A stretch of 64,000 nucleotides of DNA from Candidatus Hodarchaeota archaeon (GTDB taxonomy: Archaea; Asgardarchaeota; Heimdallarchaeia; Hodarchaeales; Hodarchaeaceae), in assembly GCA_016839785.1 (NCBI GenBank), contig JAEOTQ010000177.1:30550-94549 (forward strand), written 5' to 3'. Both the position numbers and the translations under genes were made by a program. The number at the start of each line of letters is the position of its first letter. Within the stretch, counting starts at the first letter, position 1. Shown here piece after piece: positions 1 through 9,826 of the stretch. Below the pieces are notes generated by a model that saw only the letters and a list, made by a program, of their open reading frames with translations, searched no databases and had not been told where the DNA came from.

Positions 1-1391
1 TCAGATTCCACCTCGATATTTCCACCAATTTCTTCTACTATTTCTTTGACGATGTTGAGCCCCACGCCTCGACCCGATATCTCAGTTGTTTTATCCGTCG
101 TTGATAAATTTTGAGAGAAAAGTAGAGCATGTAACTCTTCATGAGTTAAGTCAGTTCCTGAAGGGATTAGTCCTAAATTTTTTGCTTTCTTACTGATTTT
201 CTTATAATCTAGCCCACATCCATCATCTTTAATCTCGATTACAATGTCTGACCGCTCATGATTAATATTAAGTCTGATAGTACCTCGTTCGTCTTTTTTC
301 TTCTTAATCCGATCTGCAGGTAATTCTATTCCGTGATCTACAGCATTTCTGAGCAAGTGTGTAAGTGGATTTGTTAATTGCTCAATAACAGACCGATCAA
401 CACCGATGTGCTTCCCAGAAATAATCAAATCTACCTTTTTGTCACTTTTTTGACCCAAATCACGGACCATTCTAGGAAAACGTGTTAAAATTGTCTCTAG
501 AGGTACTAATCTCATTTTAATGACCAAATCCTGTATGTTGGAGATGGTTCTTTCATAACTTGCTAAATTTTCTTTAAATGATCTAGAGTATGCTTGTTGT
601 TCTCCTATCTCACGAATAAACTGACCAGATATCACTAATTCACCTAAAAGTTGAATTATACGGTCTAAATCTTTGAGTCCAACTCTTACATTTAGAGGTT
701 CTTGGCTATCATCCATAACACTTGTCTTTTCAACTGTGCTCACCGAATCTAAAAGACGAGATATATTTGCCGAGATTACATCTTGAGTCTCTTCTATAAT
801 CTGTGTTATTGCCTCTTCATCCTCTTGAGTTGTCAATTCCACAAACAACTCTTTGAAAGTTATTCCTGCTTGAATTTCCTCCATAGGTGGAACAGTGCGT
901 TCAACTGTCGCTTTTTTCTGTAGTTTCTTCAGAAGAACTAAAGTGCGTGCGCTTATAACCTTGCAATCTGGACTAAATAGTACCTTAATACCAAATTTAT
1001 TTCCAAGATTGACAATGAAATCATCAAATGAAGCTAATTGCTGAGTAAGCTGATCAAATCTTAGCAACTCGGGTGTTTTCCCACCACGTAGTGAATTTGC
1101 AAGGCTTTGCAACTCATCACTGTATTGGAATAGAAGTGATACGACCTTTTCAACCCCTCCACTGTCAATAGTTGATAATAAATTTTCCATGCTATGAGTC
1201 ATGGAACTAAGTTGTGGATACCCAGACAGAGAAAATAGCCCTTTAAGACTGTGTAAAGTATGAAGAATTCTATCAGATTTCTTCTTTGGATTTTTTTCTA
1301 ATTCTAATAATCCAGTATTCAGCTCTTCAACACGTTCGGTTAGTTCCAATAACATAACATCTTGGAACTCTTCTGTTTCAAAATCTTCCAT
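1..1391 (-). CDS. cheA: Chemotaxis histidine kinase CheA (N-terminal ~460 aa; C-terminus runs off the window start)
   Basis: I translated the minus strand from an ATG at 1391-1389, which has a TAA immediately upstream. It shows an HPt motif LHTLHSLKG, an HATPase N-box HLLRNAVDHGIE, and G-boxes DDGCGLD and GRGVGLNIV. It is not in the ORF track because it is partial. Confidence 0.85.
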   Translation of the reverse strand, partial: MEDFETEEFQDVMLLELTERVEELNTGLLELEKNPKKKSDRILHTLHSLKGLFSLSGYPQLSSMTHSMENLLSTIDSGGVEKVVSLLFQYSDELQSLANSLRGGKTPELLRFDQLTQQLASFDDFIVNLGNKFGIKVLFSPDCKVISARTLVLLKKLQKKATVERTVPPMEEIQAGITFKELFVELTTQEDEEAITQIIEETQDVISANISRLLDSVSTVEKTSVMDDSQEPLNVRVGLKDLDRIIQLLGELVISGQFIREIGEQQAYSRSFKENLASYERTISNIQDLVIKMRLVPLETILTRFPRMVRDLGQKSDKKVDLIISGKHIGVDRSVIEQLTNPLTHLLRNAVDHGIELPADRIKKKKDERGTIRLNINHERSDIVIEIKDDGCGLDYKKISKKAKNLGLIPSGTDLTHEELHALLFSQNLSTTDKTTEISGRGVGLNIVKEIVEEIGGNIEVES

Positions 1392-1451
1392 TAATAAGAA
1401 CCTTCAGTTAATTTTTACACGTACAAATTAAGGCCGTTTATGTTCTATTCA

Positions 1452-1811
1452 TTATAGCAGTACGTTTTCAATCGCTTGAACAAGCTGATCGACTTTGAAC
1501 GGTTTAATAACAAAATCCTTTGCCCCAATTTTCAGTGCTTGTCGTACAAGGGGTTCATGCCCCAATGCTGTAACCACTACAAAATTGGCTTTAGGATCTA
1601 TTGCCATAATCTCTTTCATTGCTAAAAGACCGTTCATTTTTGGCATAACGATATCCATCGTCACGACATCAGGTTTGAAATTCTTATACTGTTCGATCGC
1701 TTCAGAACCTGTCTCAGCCTCTGCGACAACTTCGTGGCCGTGTTTCTTCAAGATCTTACTTATCATTAGACGTAGATATTTTGAATCGTCTACAATTAGG
1801 ACGTTAGCCAT
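1452..1811 (-). CDS. cheY: Chemotaxis response regulator CheY (single REC domain)
   Basis: 119 aa with LIVDDS, the phospho-acceptor Asp in VVTMDIVMP, and a K in FVIKP. These are classic receiver-domain motifs, and it lies directly next to cheA. Confidence 0.9.
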   Translation of the reverse strand: MANVLIVDDSKYLRLMISKILKKHGHEVVAEAETGSEAIEQYKNFKPDVVTMDIVMPKMNGLLAMKEIMAIDPKANFVVVTALGHEPLVRQALKIGAKDFVIKPFKVDQLVQAIENVLL

Positions 1812-1814
1812 GTT

Positions 1815-4067
1815 TTACTCCTCTTCTTCATTTTTTTCTTGTTTATTACTCGTTATTAGGGGATTTAACCCCTTTTTCGTTATGATTTTTGTTAGAAACT
1901 CATTTTCAATGATATTCACTGAAGATGAGCTATTATCATCAATAAATTGGTTTTGACAACATTTAATACCCTCTAAAAATAAATTATTCTTTACCCAAGG
2001 TATTAAATCGTCCTTAAATGTTGTTACCACGGCTTCCAAATTATCTACTGGAATCAGGTAAATTTTCTCCTCAATTACTATCGAGAAGAAATCAATTTCG
2101 TTATCAAAATTTATTTGTTCACTTGTGACCAATATAAGCGATGTTAAATCAAGTATTGGATATTCATTATCATTTATGACGCCTTTTCCAAGAATTGGAT
2201 GAGCTTCAGTTGCAGATTTAGTAATCTCTACTGATGTACTAAATACACCCTGTACAAAAGCAACATCAATAGCTAATTTTACGTCACTTAATTGGAATAC
2301 AAGATAATTTAATCGATCTTTATCAAGATGCGTTGAGAGATAAAGATCTCGTTCCTTGTTCTGGTCTTGAAGTCGTGTTAAAGAGTGTTTGTCTTCAGGA
2401 AGTAATTTAGAAACCATATCCTCAGCATTTTGCATATTTAATTCTGTTCTGATAATTGAATAGGTTTCTTCTATTAATCGATTTGGTTTTACGATTATAC
2501 CAAGTTTTCCGTTATAAGAAAAAAAGCCAGAAATTATTTGGGACAGCATTTTCGTGTAAAAACTTGTTTCAGGTTGGAATATAGCGAGCTGTTCTATTGA
2601 GGTTTGACCTAAAATATTCTGTACAATAAAAGTGGCTTCTAAACCACTTTTTTGATCATGGAGTACTACTCCAGCTAATTTTCCAGAAGAATTGTGATCA
2701 AATTTCTGTCCTTGAACTAGAAAATTGAAATCGACCAAGGGACTTAATACTTGATGAGAAGTAATCCCTAGGATAGCGTCATGACCATAATCGCTTTGGA
2801 AAAATGCCTCCTGCTTTACAATTTGTAATACGTATTCAGAATCGATGAAATAAAGAATCTCTTCATTTTGAATTAAAAGTCCCTCTTGGGACGAACTTTT
2901 TACCTTCTCTGAATCAGTTTTATCAGGATTTTGAAAGGAAATAATCGGTGAATTGAACTCTTCAAGACTTCCTGAAGTGAAATACTTTGTAAAGATATAA
3001 CTTATATTTAGAATTAAAATGATATTTCCAGATTGCTCAAGAATAACACCCTTGAATATATAATCAGCATTACCCTCATTATTCAGTGTGATAGTTTGCC
3101 TGATGTCTGTTTTCTGAATCTCAATGATTCGAGGAATTTCATCCATCATAAGAGCAAGTTTTTCATTTCCATACTCTACAATTAACGCGCGTGTCTGTTC
3201 AAAGTCTTTCTCGTTAATACTTGAATTTGAATTACCTAAAAGTAATTTCTCCAAGTTAATAGCATTTATTATCTCACCTTGATAATTAATAGCCCCAACA
3301 ATAATATCAGAGGTATTCGGAATCTCGGTTAACCGTGAGATGGTAAATATTCTAGACACATTTTCATTTGGGATTAGAATTGATAGGTCCTGGACAGAGA
3401 TAACTGTTCCTGTATACTTAACTTCTTTTGGGGGGCGGATTAATCTATCCGCTCTCCATCCTGAAATGGGTGCTGTTCTCTGAATTTGGTGTTGTAGATT
3501 AATATTGTACCCTTCTAGAGTATCGGTGTTATCATTGAGAGCGCTTGAAACTTGGAGAGAGGAAAGCGACTTCTGAAATGAAATATTAGAGTCTAACAAG
3601 ATCTGATTGAAAATCATGTTAATTTTAAGTTGTACAACAATATTCTCCTCCCACATAAAAGCGGAATTAAAAAATGAATTAGCGATGGCTTCACCATCAG
3701 TAAACAAATTTCTTGTCAAAGTTTCATCTGTTTTACCTATTATACCAATGATACTTTCAACCTTCAAAAAAATTGTCTGTTCCTCGTAATCGACCACTAG
3801 AAAGTTCCGACTTTTTGTATCAGAATGTTTTTTGTCTTTTTCAATTCCATAGAAGTAGGTTCCCAAATCTATTGCTGCTAATACTTTCCCTTGAAAAGCT
3901 GTTGATCCCAAAAAATAAGGAATGGTGTTTGCAACTGGATTTATGAACGGATTCTGTATGATTTGAAATATCAAGGAGTTATCAATAACAAAATGCTTAC
4001 CACGCAAAGTAAAAAGGACAAAACTACTTTTAACATTTCTTCCCTTTGTAGTACTTGCTATGGTCAT
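1815..4067 (-). CDS. Large (750 aa) coupling protein made of several tandem CheW-like domains
   Basis: CheW-like segments recur about 5 times, e.g. GKVLAAIDLGTYF, FLVVDYEEQTIFLKVESIIGI, ALMMDEIPRIIEI and YVLQIVKQEAF. It sits between cheY and cheW in the same operon. Domain boundaries are not resolved. Confidence 0.55.
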   Translation of the reverse strand: MTIASTTKGRNVKSSFVLFTLRGKHFVIDNSLIFQIIQNPFINPVANTIPYFLGSTAFQGKVLAAIDLGTYFYGIEKDKKHSDTKSRNFLVVDYEEQTIFLKVESIIGIIGKTDETLTRNLFTDGEAIANSFFNSAFMWEENIVVQLKINMIFNQILLDSNISFQKSLSSLQVSSALNDNTDTLEGYNINLQHQIQRTAPISGWRADRLIRPPKEVKYTGTVISVQDLSILIPNENVSRIFTISRLTEIPNTSDIIVGAINYQGEIINAINLEKLLLGNSNSSINEKDFEQTRALIVEYGNEKLALMMDEIPRIIEIQKTDIRQTITLNNEGNADYIFKGVILEQSGNIILILNISYIFTKYFTSGSLEEFNSPIISFQNPDKTDSEKVKSSSQEGLLIQNEEILYFIDSEYVLQIVKQEAFFQSDYGHDAILGITSHQVLSPLVDFNFLVQGQKFDHNSSGKLAGVVLHDQKSGLEATFIVQNILGQTSIEQLAIFQPETSFYTKMLSQIISGFFSYNGKLGIIVKPNRLIEETYSIIRTELNMQNAEDMVSKLLPEDKHSLTRLQDQNKERDLYLSTHLDKDRLNYLVFQLSDVKLAIDVAFVQGVFSTSVEITKSATEAHPILGKGVINDNEYPILDLTSLILVTSEQINFDNEIDFFSIVIEEKIYLIPVDNLEAVVTTFKDDLIPWVKNNLFLEGIKCCQNQFIDDNSSSSVNIIENEFLTKIITKKGLNPLITSNKQEKNEEEE

Positions 4068-4187
4068 AATAATTACCTTAAAACGCCTTTTTTACATGAA
4101 TTCTATTCTTACTATCATTTCGTTCATTATTAAGTAGCTTGATTACTTTGATAATTCTTTGTCTTTTGTCATATCTTCCATAAAACT

Positions 4188-4760
4188 TTAAGAACCTTCA
4201 TCTGGCAAAGTATACTGACTAAAATCGAAATCCATGTCATCTGTATCTTCTTGTACTTGTAATTTTTCAGAAGTTTTAAGAACGGTAAAATAATTTCCTA
4301 TTACCTTCTCAGGATCAACAATAAATACATCTGATTGATCATCTAATATTCCAATTTGAGTAATCAATGACTCATCAACGAGCTCTTTCCCCTTGAATTT
4401 GGATTGATCTGCATCTGTAAAACTTCTGATCTTTAATATTTGATTTACTTGATCTACTAATATACCAATGTCTTGCCCCTTAATTGTGACTACAAGGACA
4501 TTATAATTTCCATTTTTCTTCTCAGCTTGTCTATCGAACTGAGCTCCCCATAGAAGTACTGAAAGATCGAATACACTTAATATATAACCTCTAAGTTCTG
4601 TTATGCCAGAGAGAACTTGTGAAGTCTTAGGGAGCTTCAATATCTTGTCAGTTTGAAAAACTTCTTTTATATAATCTATTTTGATTCCGTATACATCCTT
4701 TACGATCTGGAAAACAAGATATTTTTCTGGAGTATGAAGTGAAGATTTCATAAATATCAT
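4188..4760 (-). CDS. cheW: Chemotaxis coupling protein CheW
   Basis: 190 aa with the canonical single-domain CheW pattern YLVFQIVKDVYGIKIDYIKEV...LPKTSQVLSGITELRGYILSVFDL. Confidence 0.85.
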   Translation of the reverse strand: MIFMKSSLHTPEKYLVFQIVKDVYGIKIDYIKEVFQTDKILKLPKTSQVLSGITELRGYILSVFDLSVLLWGAQFDRQAEKKNGNYNVLVVTIKGQDIGILVDQVNQILKIRSFTDADQSKFKGKELVDESLITQIGILDDQSDVFIVDPEKVIGNYFTVLKTSEKLQVQEDTDDMDFDFSQYTLPDEGS

Positions 4761-5353
4761 TCCTTTTTATTTGCATTAAGTATCTGTCTGAAATTTTTCA
4801 TTACTTTATTGAACTTCGAGTTAATTGGTTTTTGTATCTCTTTTGTAGTTCCTGAGTACTTTGAGCTAAGATAAGTAGAATCTGATTGCTCCATGGAATC
4901 CAAACTTCTTTCTAACTCAAAATCCTCAATATGTGTTGTAGTAGTCTCCATAACTATATTGTCAACAATGCTCCCTAACTGAGGAAAAATCGAGGATTTC
5001 TTTTCCTCCAAAGCTTGATCTGTAAAATCGAAGCTAATTTCTTCCACAAATCCAGATTCATATGAAGGAAGGCTGACAAGCATGAAAATAGTCTCGAATA
5101 TTCTTGATGAAAGATCATCAATAGACTCAAGGAAAACGCGATTCGTTAAATATGATAGTGGGAAATTTATAACTGTTAATAGGCATACAAGATCATTTTG
5201 AGTTCGGACAAATATGCGTGAACCTTCTTTTACTCCAATATCGTTTAATTCCATATTATTTCCAATCATTTCCCCGAATTGTACAATGGCAGCCATTAAA
5301 CCTGCAATCAGTGCTGGATCCTCCCCTGGAGAATTAGAAATCCTTTTATACAC
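4757..5353 (-). CDS. Hypothetical protein in the che operon; possible CheC/CheX-like phosphatase
   Basis: Its stop overlaps the cheW start by 4 nt, indicating translational coupling. AIVQFGEMIGNNM loosely resembles the CheC E-x-G-N motif but is not an exact match. Confidence 0.3.
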   Translation of the reverse strand: MYKRISNSPGEDPALIAGLMAAIVQFGEMIGNNMELNDIGVKEGSRIFVRTQNDLVCLLTVINFPLSYLTNRVFLESIDDLSSRIFETIFMLVSLPSYESGFVEEISFDFTDQALEEKKSSIFPQLGSIVDNIVMETTTTHIEDFELERSLDSMEQSDSTYLSSKYSGTTKEIQKPINSKFNKVMKNFRQILNANKKE

Positions 5354-5779
5354 TCTAGAGAATACGGGAAGACCACTTCGCTTATTTAATAAAAGAATTT
5401 CTCGAACATTGAGGTGGATACCAGCAATATCTTCTTGATTCTTATCTCTATCATCTATTTCCCGCTGGACGATAATTTATAACACCTCAATCTCTTTATA
5501 ATCATGATACTTCATAGTAATTCCAATGAAGCAAAAGTTCTTACTTCGCATTTTGGTAGTATTGCTCCTTCAATTATAACCTATCTAAATAAAACAAGCT
5601 TTCATAATAAATAGAAATACGGTAACGAAAATGGAAAAATTAGTAAAAAAATAGTTTTAGAATGAATTTCGGAGTCTTCTAACTTAAAATCTGTGTAAAG
5701 TGATTGAGAATTTCCGCACACTAAGTCGACGCTTAACCTGATTAAGAATTATATATTTGAGCAAAAAATCTTATCAAAT

Positions 5780-6880
5780 TCATCCATAGCGGTTGTAACA
5801 ATAATCAACTATAATTTCAGGAATTTTATGTAAAGGTGCTACACGATCAACTAAGTTGCCCTCAATAACTTTCTTTGGCATCCCATAAATAACACAGGTG
5901 GATTCATGTTCAGCAATGATATTCCCTTTAACGGCCTTTATGCTCTTTGCACCATCAAATCCATCCTTCCCCATACCTGTAAGGACAATCCCTACAACGT
6001 TTTCGCCGTACACCTTGGCTGCAGAAGTAAAAGTTACATCAGCTGAGGGTATCAGAAAGTTAATCTTTGGTCCTTTGTACATATTGAACCTTTTTCCCTC
6101 TTGAATCGCACAATGTTTTCCTCCTGGAGCTATATATACCTTATTAGGTCGAACTAACTCTCCGTCATCAGGAATAACTATATTTAAATGAGGATTTTCA
6201 TTTTTTAATCCCTCTACCCAACGATTTACCATTTCTTCAACCATATGTTGAATTATTACAATAGGAGGAAACTTTGAGGGAATTTTGGGGAGAATAAGAC
6301 GAATTGCACGAGTTCCACCAGTCGAGGATGCTATTACAAATAGTCTATCTTGAAATTTCTTTAGCCCTTTCTTTGGTTTTCTGGCTGCAATAGGTTCTTC
6401 TTTCAAGTGGTACTCAAGATCAAACCCTTTTATCGCTTTTACCAAGTTCATATGAGAAAGAATGCTAATTTTACTCATCAATTCCTTTTCAAAGCGTTTT
6501 TTATCAAACGGGTCATCGCTTGGTTTTTTGACAAATTCTACATAGCCAGAATTTATTGCTGCCATTCCTAGATTTGAAAGGGATTTGTCAACCTCCTTCT
6601 TGCTTAAAGAAGAGACAATTACCACAGGCATAGGATCACGATCCATAATATGGCTAATTGTTTCGAATCCGTCCATTTCTGGGGGGGGACCCATCATAAT
6701 GTCCATAGTGATAATATCTGGTTTAAACTTGGGAATTTCCATTTTAGTCAAAGCAATCTCGCCAGTAGCTGCCTTTCCAACTACTTTGATTTTTCTATTA
6801 CCCCTTGTTAGGATATTTGAAATGGTTTGCCTATATAATGCTGAATCGTCGACTATCAGTACTCTAATTTCATCCTTCAT
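5780..6880 (-). CDS. cheB: Protein-glutamate methylesterase CheB (REC plus methylesterase)
   Basis: N-terminal receiver VLIVDDSALYRQ...ITMDIMM. C-terminal methylesterase motifs IASSTGGTRA, VIIQHM, GGKHCAIQ and VLTGMGKDG. Confidence 0.9.
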   Translation of the reverse strand: MKDEIRVLIVDDSALYRQTISNILTRGNRKIKVVGKAATGEIALTKMEIPKFKPDIITMDIMMGPPPEMDGFETISHIMDRDPMPVVIVSSLSKKEVDKSLSNLGMAAINSGYVEFVKKPSDDPFDKKRFEKELMSKISILSHMNLVKAIKGFDLEYHLKEEPIAARKPKKGLKKFQDRLFVIASSTGGTRAIRLILPKIPSKFPPIVIIQHMVEEMVNRWVEGLKNENPHLNIVIPDDGELVRPNKVYIAPGGKHCAIQEGKRFNMYKGPKINFLIPSADVTFTSAAKVYGENVVGIVLTGMGKDGFDGAKSIKAVKGNIIAEHESTCVIYGMPKKVIEGNLVDRVAPLHKIPEIIVDYCYNRYG

Positions 6881-7057
6881 TTCTAAGAGGTCCTCGGTTT
6901 ACGAAATAGCTACAAAATTGGATCAATATTGTCAATTCTGGCAACTCAAAATGATTTCTTGACCAACAACCAGATTCTCATAGAGTGAATATTGTTGAAT
7001 GTTTAAATATGTGGGTTTATTGTTGACCTCATAGACTAATAGAAAGAGGCTATTTCA

Positions 7058-7834
7058 TTGGATTTTTATCGCTCAGAGAAATCGAATCAAGAAAAAGAAA
7101 ATTTAAGCCAAGAAATCCGAGAGTTAAAAGAGCTTGTTCAAAAAAATTCCTTCTTAATTGCAGAAATCAAAAAGGAAAAGGAACAAACAACTCTTAGTTC
7201 TCATGACGTAACTACTAGTCAAGATAATGAAAATCAGAAATTACTGACTAAATATGAGGAGCTAGTATCCAAATTAACAAGTCTAGAGGAGACAATAGCT
7301 CAGGATAAGCAAGAGACATTAAGTGAATATCAAAAATTCATTAAAAGCGGATCTCAACTCGATTATAAAGATACTTTTGTACAATTCAAAGATCCATTAC
7401 CATTAGTAGAAGAACGGGTTAATAAGAAACTTATGCTTATGAGTAAAACCCAGGAAGAAGCTCAAAACCAAATCAATACTCTTACAGAAGCTCTTGACAT
7501 GCTTGGAACTGGAATGGAAGAACTACATAATTTCATCAATCTAAAAACTGCTAAAATTACAGATACTCATCATATCAGGACAGACAATAAACAAATCTTA
7601 CAAGACTTTGTGACCAGTTTAGAAATTTTTGAACACGAAATTAAAACTGAAATTAGTAAAATTGTTAATGATAAATTCAAAGCAATTAGTTCCCTTCTTG
7701 TAGTAGTTACAAGTAAAACTGCAGAAATTAAATTAATTCTCGATGAAATTGACCCGCAAACCATTTCACAAGAAAAATCTGTAACTGAAATAGAAAGTCC
7801 AGAGTCTAATGATAAAAATACAAACCAATGGTAA
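7058..7834 (+). CDS. Coiled-coil hypothetical protein
   Basis: 258 aa, rich in E/K/Q with heptad-like periodicity. No catalytic motif recognised. It is divergent from the che operon. Confidence 0.45.
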   Translation: MDFYRSEKSNQEKENLSQEIRELKELVQKNSFLIAEIKKEKEQTTLSSHDVTTSQDNENQKLLTKYEELVSKLTSLEETIAQDKQETLSEYQKFIKSGSQLDYKDTFVQFKDPLPLVEERVNKKLMLMSKTQEEAQNQINTLTEALDMLGTGMEELHNFINLKTAKITDTHHIRTDNKQILQDFVTSLEIFEHEIKTEISKIVNDKFKAISSLLVVVTSKTAEIKLILDEIDPQTISQEKSVTEIESPESNDKNTNQW

Positions 7835-7994
7835 TAGAAAATAGGTTCTTAAAGTATTAATTGAAGTTTTACCATTTTATTGTTCATATAGGCAAGTAGA
7901 TAAAACTTTTCAAGTTCATAATGGGGGAGGAAAGATTTTACTGTGAAGGCGCTCTTCCGCGAAAAATGTTTTTAACACATTAAACTGCGAAAAA

Positions 7995-9257
7995 GTGGAA
8001 AAGATGGGATATACAGTTATTGAAAAAATCATTGCTGATCATTCCTCCGAGGAAGTGGCCCCAGAAAAAATTGTCTGGTTAAATATTGATGTAAGATCCG
8101 CACGTGATTTTGGTGGTGCAAATGTAGTCAAAAATCTTGAGAAAAACTATCCAGGGGAATCTCATGTTGCTGACCCAACGAAGACGTTCTTTACATTCGA
8201 TTGTGTCGTTCCAGCTAACAATTTAGGATATGCTGAAAATCAACAAGTAGCCAGGGTATTTGCTCGAAAGAATCTACCCCGAAATAATTTGTACGATGTA
8301 AACGCAGGTATTGGTTCTCACATAATGATTGAAAAAGGTATTGCGGTTCCCAATAGCACCGTTGTTGGAACTGATTCGCATTTAAATATTCTTGGAGCAA
8401 TAGGAGCATTCGGACAAGGGATGGGTGATCAGGATATTGCCTTTACATTTAAAACAGGGAAAACTTGGTTCGAGGTTCCTTATACAATGCGAGTTACCAT
8501 TGATGGTACTCCAGCTAAGAATTCTTCAGCTAAAGATGTTACTTTAGGGGTGTTAGAGAAATTAGGTTCGAAAGGCGCATTAGGTAAATCAGTAGAATTT
8601 TACGGAGCTACTATCGATGCTCTCGATTTAGCAGGACGTATTACTCTTGCGAGTCAAGTCACTGAAATGGGCGGAATAATTGGATTAATTACTCCCAATA
8701 GCTCAATCATAGAATACTGTAAGGAAAGAAGTGGTCGTGATTTTCCGATTCACAAAGCTGATGACGATGTTGATTATGTAGAGGATATACATTATGATTT
8801 TGAAGGGATTGAGCCACGAATTGCTTTACCCCCGAATCCTGCCAATGTGAGACCAGTCGCGGAGGTTACAGGTATCAAAGTGGATTCTGTCGTCATTGCT
8901 TCCTGCACAAATGGCCGATACGAAGATTTTGCTATCGCAGCCAAGATTCTCAAGGGTAAAAAAGTTCATCAAGATGTGATGATGAAAGTTGTTCCTGCAA
9001 CCCAAGAAGTTTACGGTCAATTATTACAAAATGGGCTTGTGGATCTATTCTATCAATCTGGTGCTATTATAAGTAATCCCGGATGCGCAAGTTGTGCAAG
9101 TGGGCAAATTGGGATGACTGGTGACGGGGAAGTGCAGGTTACTACAGGAAATCGAAATTTTACAGGAAAGCAAGGTAAAGGAGATACTTATCTCGCATCC
9201 CCAGCTACTGCAGCAGCTTGTGCCCTTGCAGGAGAAATCGTTGTCCCGGAACTATAA
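7995..9257 (+). CDS. leuC: Aconitase-family dehydratase large subunit (3-isopropylmalate/homoaconitate dehydratase, LeuC/HacA type)
   Basis: 420 aa with GTDSH, the cluster-ligand region SCTNGR, and CASCASGQ. This is the typical short archaeal-type large subunit. The start may be GTG 7995 or ATG 8004. Confidence 0.85.
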   Translation: MEKMGYTVIEKIIADHSSEEVAPEKIVWLNIDVRSARDFGGANVVKNLEKNYPGESHVADPTKTFFTFDCVVPANNLGYAENQQVARVFARKNLPRNNLYDVNAGIGSHIMIEKGIAVPNSTVVGTDSHLNILGAIGAFGQGMGDQDIAFTFKTGKTWFEVPYTMRVTIDGTPAKNSSAKDVTLGVLEKLGSKGALGKSVEFYGATIDALDLAGRITLASQVTEMGGIIGLITPNSSIIEYCKERSGRDFPIHKADDDVDYVEDIHYDFEGIEPRIALPPNPANVRPVAEVTGIKVDSVVIASCTNGRYEDFAIAAKILKGKKVHQDVMMKVVPATQEVYGQLLQNGLVDLFYQSGAIISNPGCASCASGQIGMTGDGEVQVTTGNRNFTGKQGKGDTYLASPATAAACALAGEIVVPEL

Positions 9258-9277
9258 TTCAATAGGAGAAGAACATT

Positions 9278-9811
9278 ATGAAAAAATCTACAACTCTAAC
9301 TGGAAAAGCAATTGTGATAAAGGATAGTCAAGGTACAGGTATTGATGACATAGATACAGATATGATTTTCCACAACAAACACTTACATATCACCGATATA
9401 AATGAAATGGGTCAATATGCTTTTGGAAATTTGGAGGGATGGAAAGAGTTTTCCTCATTGGTGACAGAGAATTCTATTTTAATTGTTGGTAAGAATTTTG
9501 GTGCAGGATCTTCACGACAACAAGCTGTTGACTGTTTCAAAGCTTTAGAAGTTATGTTAATTATAGGCGAATCCTTTGGAGCTATTTATAAGCGAAATGC
9601 CATCAATTCCGGAATGCCATTATTAACAGCTCCTGAAATTATGAAAACTGCAATTGAAACTGGAGATCTACTAAAAATCGATTTAACCACTGGGAAAATT
9701 TCATCTGAAACAAAAAAGTTACAATTCAGTAATATTACACCACTATCACAGGTACAGCTTGATATTTATTATGCTGGAAATCTATTTGAGTACGGAAAAA
9801 GTCTGGAGTAG
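9278..9811 (+). CDS. leuD: Aconitase-family dehydratase small subunit (LeuD/HacB type)
   Basis: 177 aa with GKNFGAGSSRQQAV, the swivel-domain motif. It is immediately downstream of the large subunit. Confidence 0.8.
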   Translation: MKKSTTLTGKAIVIKDSQGTGIDDIDTDMIFHNKHLHITDINEMGQYAFGNLEGWKEFSSLVTENSILIVGKNFGAGSSRQQAVDCFKALEVMLIIGESFGAIYKRNAINSGMPLLTAPEIMKTAIETGDLLKIDLTTGKISSETKKLQFSNITPLSQVQLDIYYAGNLFEYGKSLE

Positions 9812-9826
9812 TTCGGAATTTTGAAC

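Noticed and set aside
1495-1956. Numerous 60-150-aa ORFs antisense to or inside strong CDSs (e.g. 1495..1956, 3607..3789, 6585..6962, 28101..28724, 34650..35067, 36017..36313, 57251..57575, 60791..61006)
   Set aside because: They sit opposite well-supported genes with clear motifs and are hydrophobic or low-complexity, typical of shadow ORFs in AT-rich DNA.
4757-5353. Calling this gene cheC or cheD
   Set aside because: The E-x-G-N resemblance is imperfect (E-M-I-G-N) and only one copy is visible, and no CheD-like Cys/His motif is present. It is left as hypothetical.
7861-7994. Possible leader/riboswitch upstream of the LeuC-like gene (gaaggcgctcttccgcg)
   Set aside because: Only a short imperfect GC hairpin. 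No convincing conserved structure could be recognised without covariance data.
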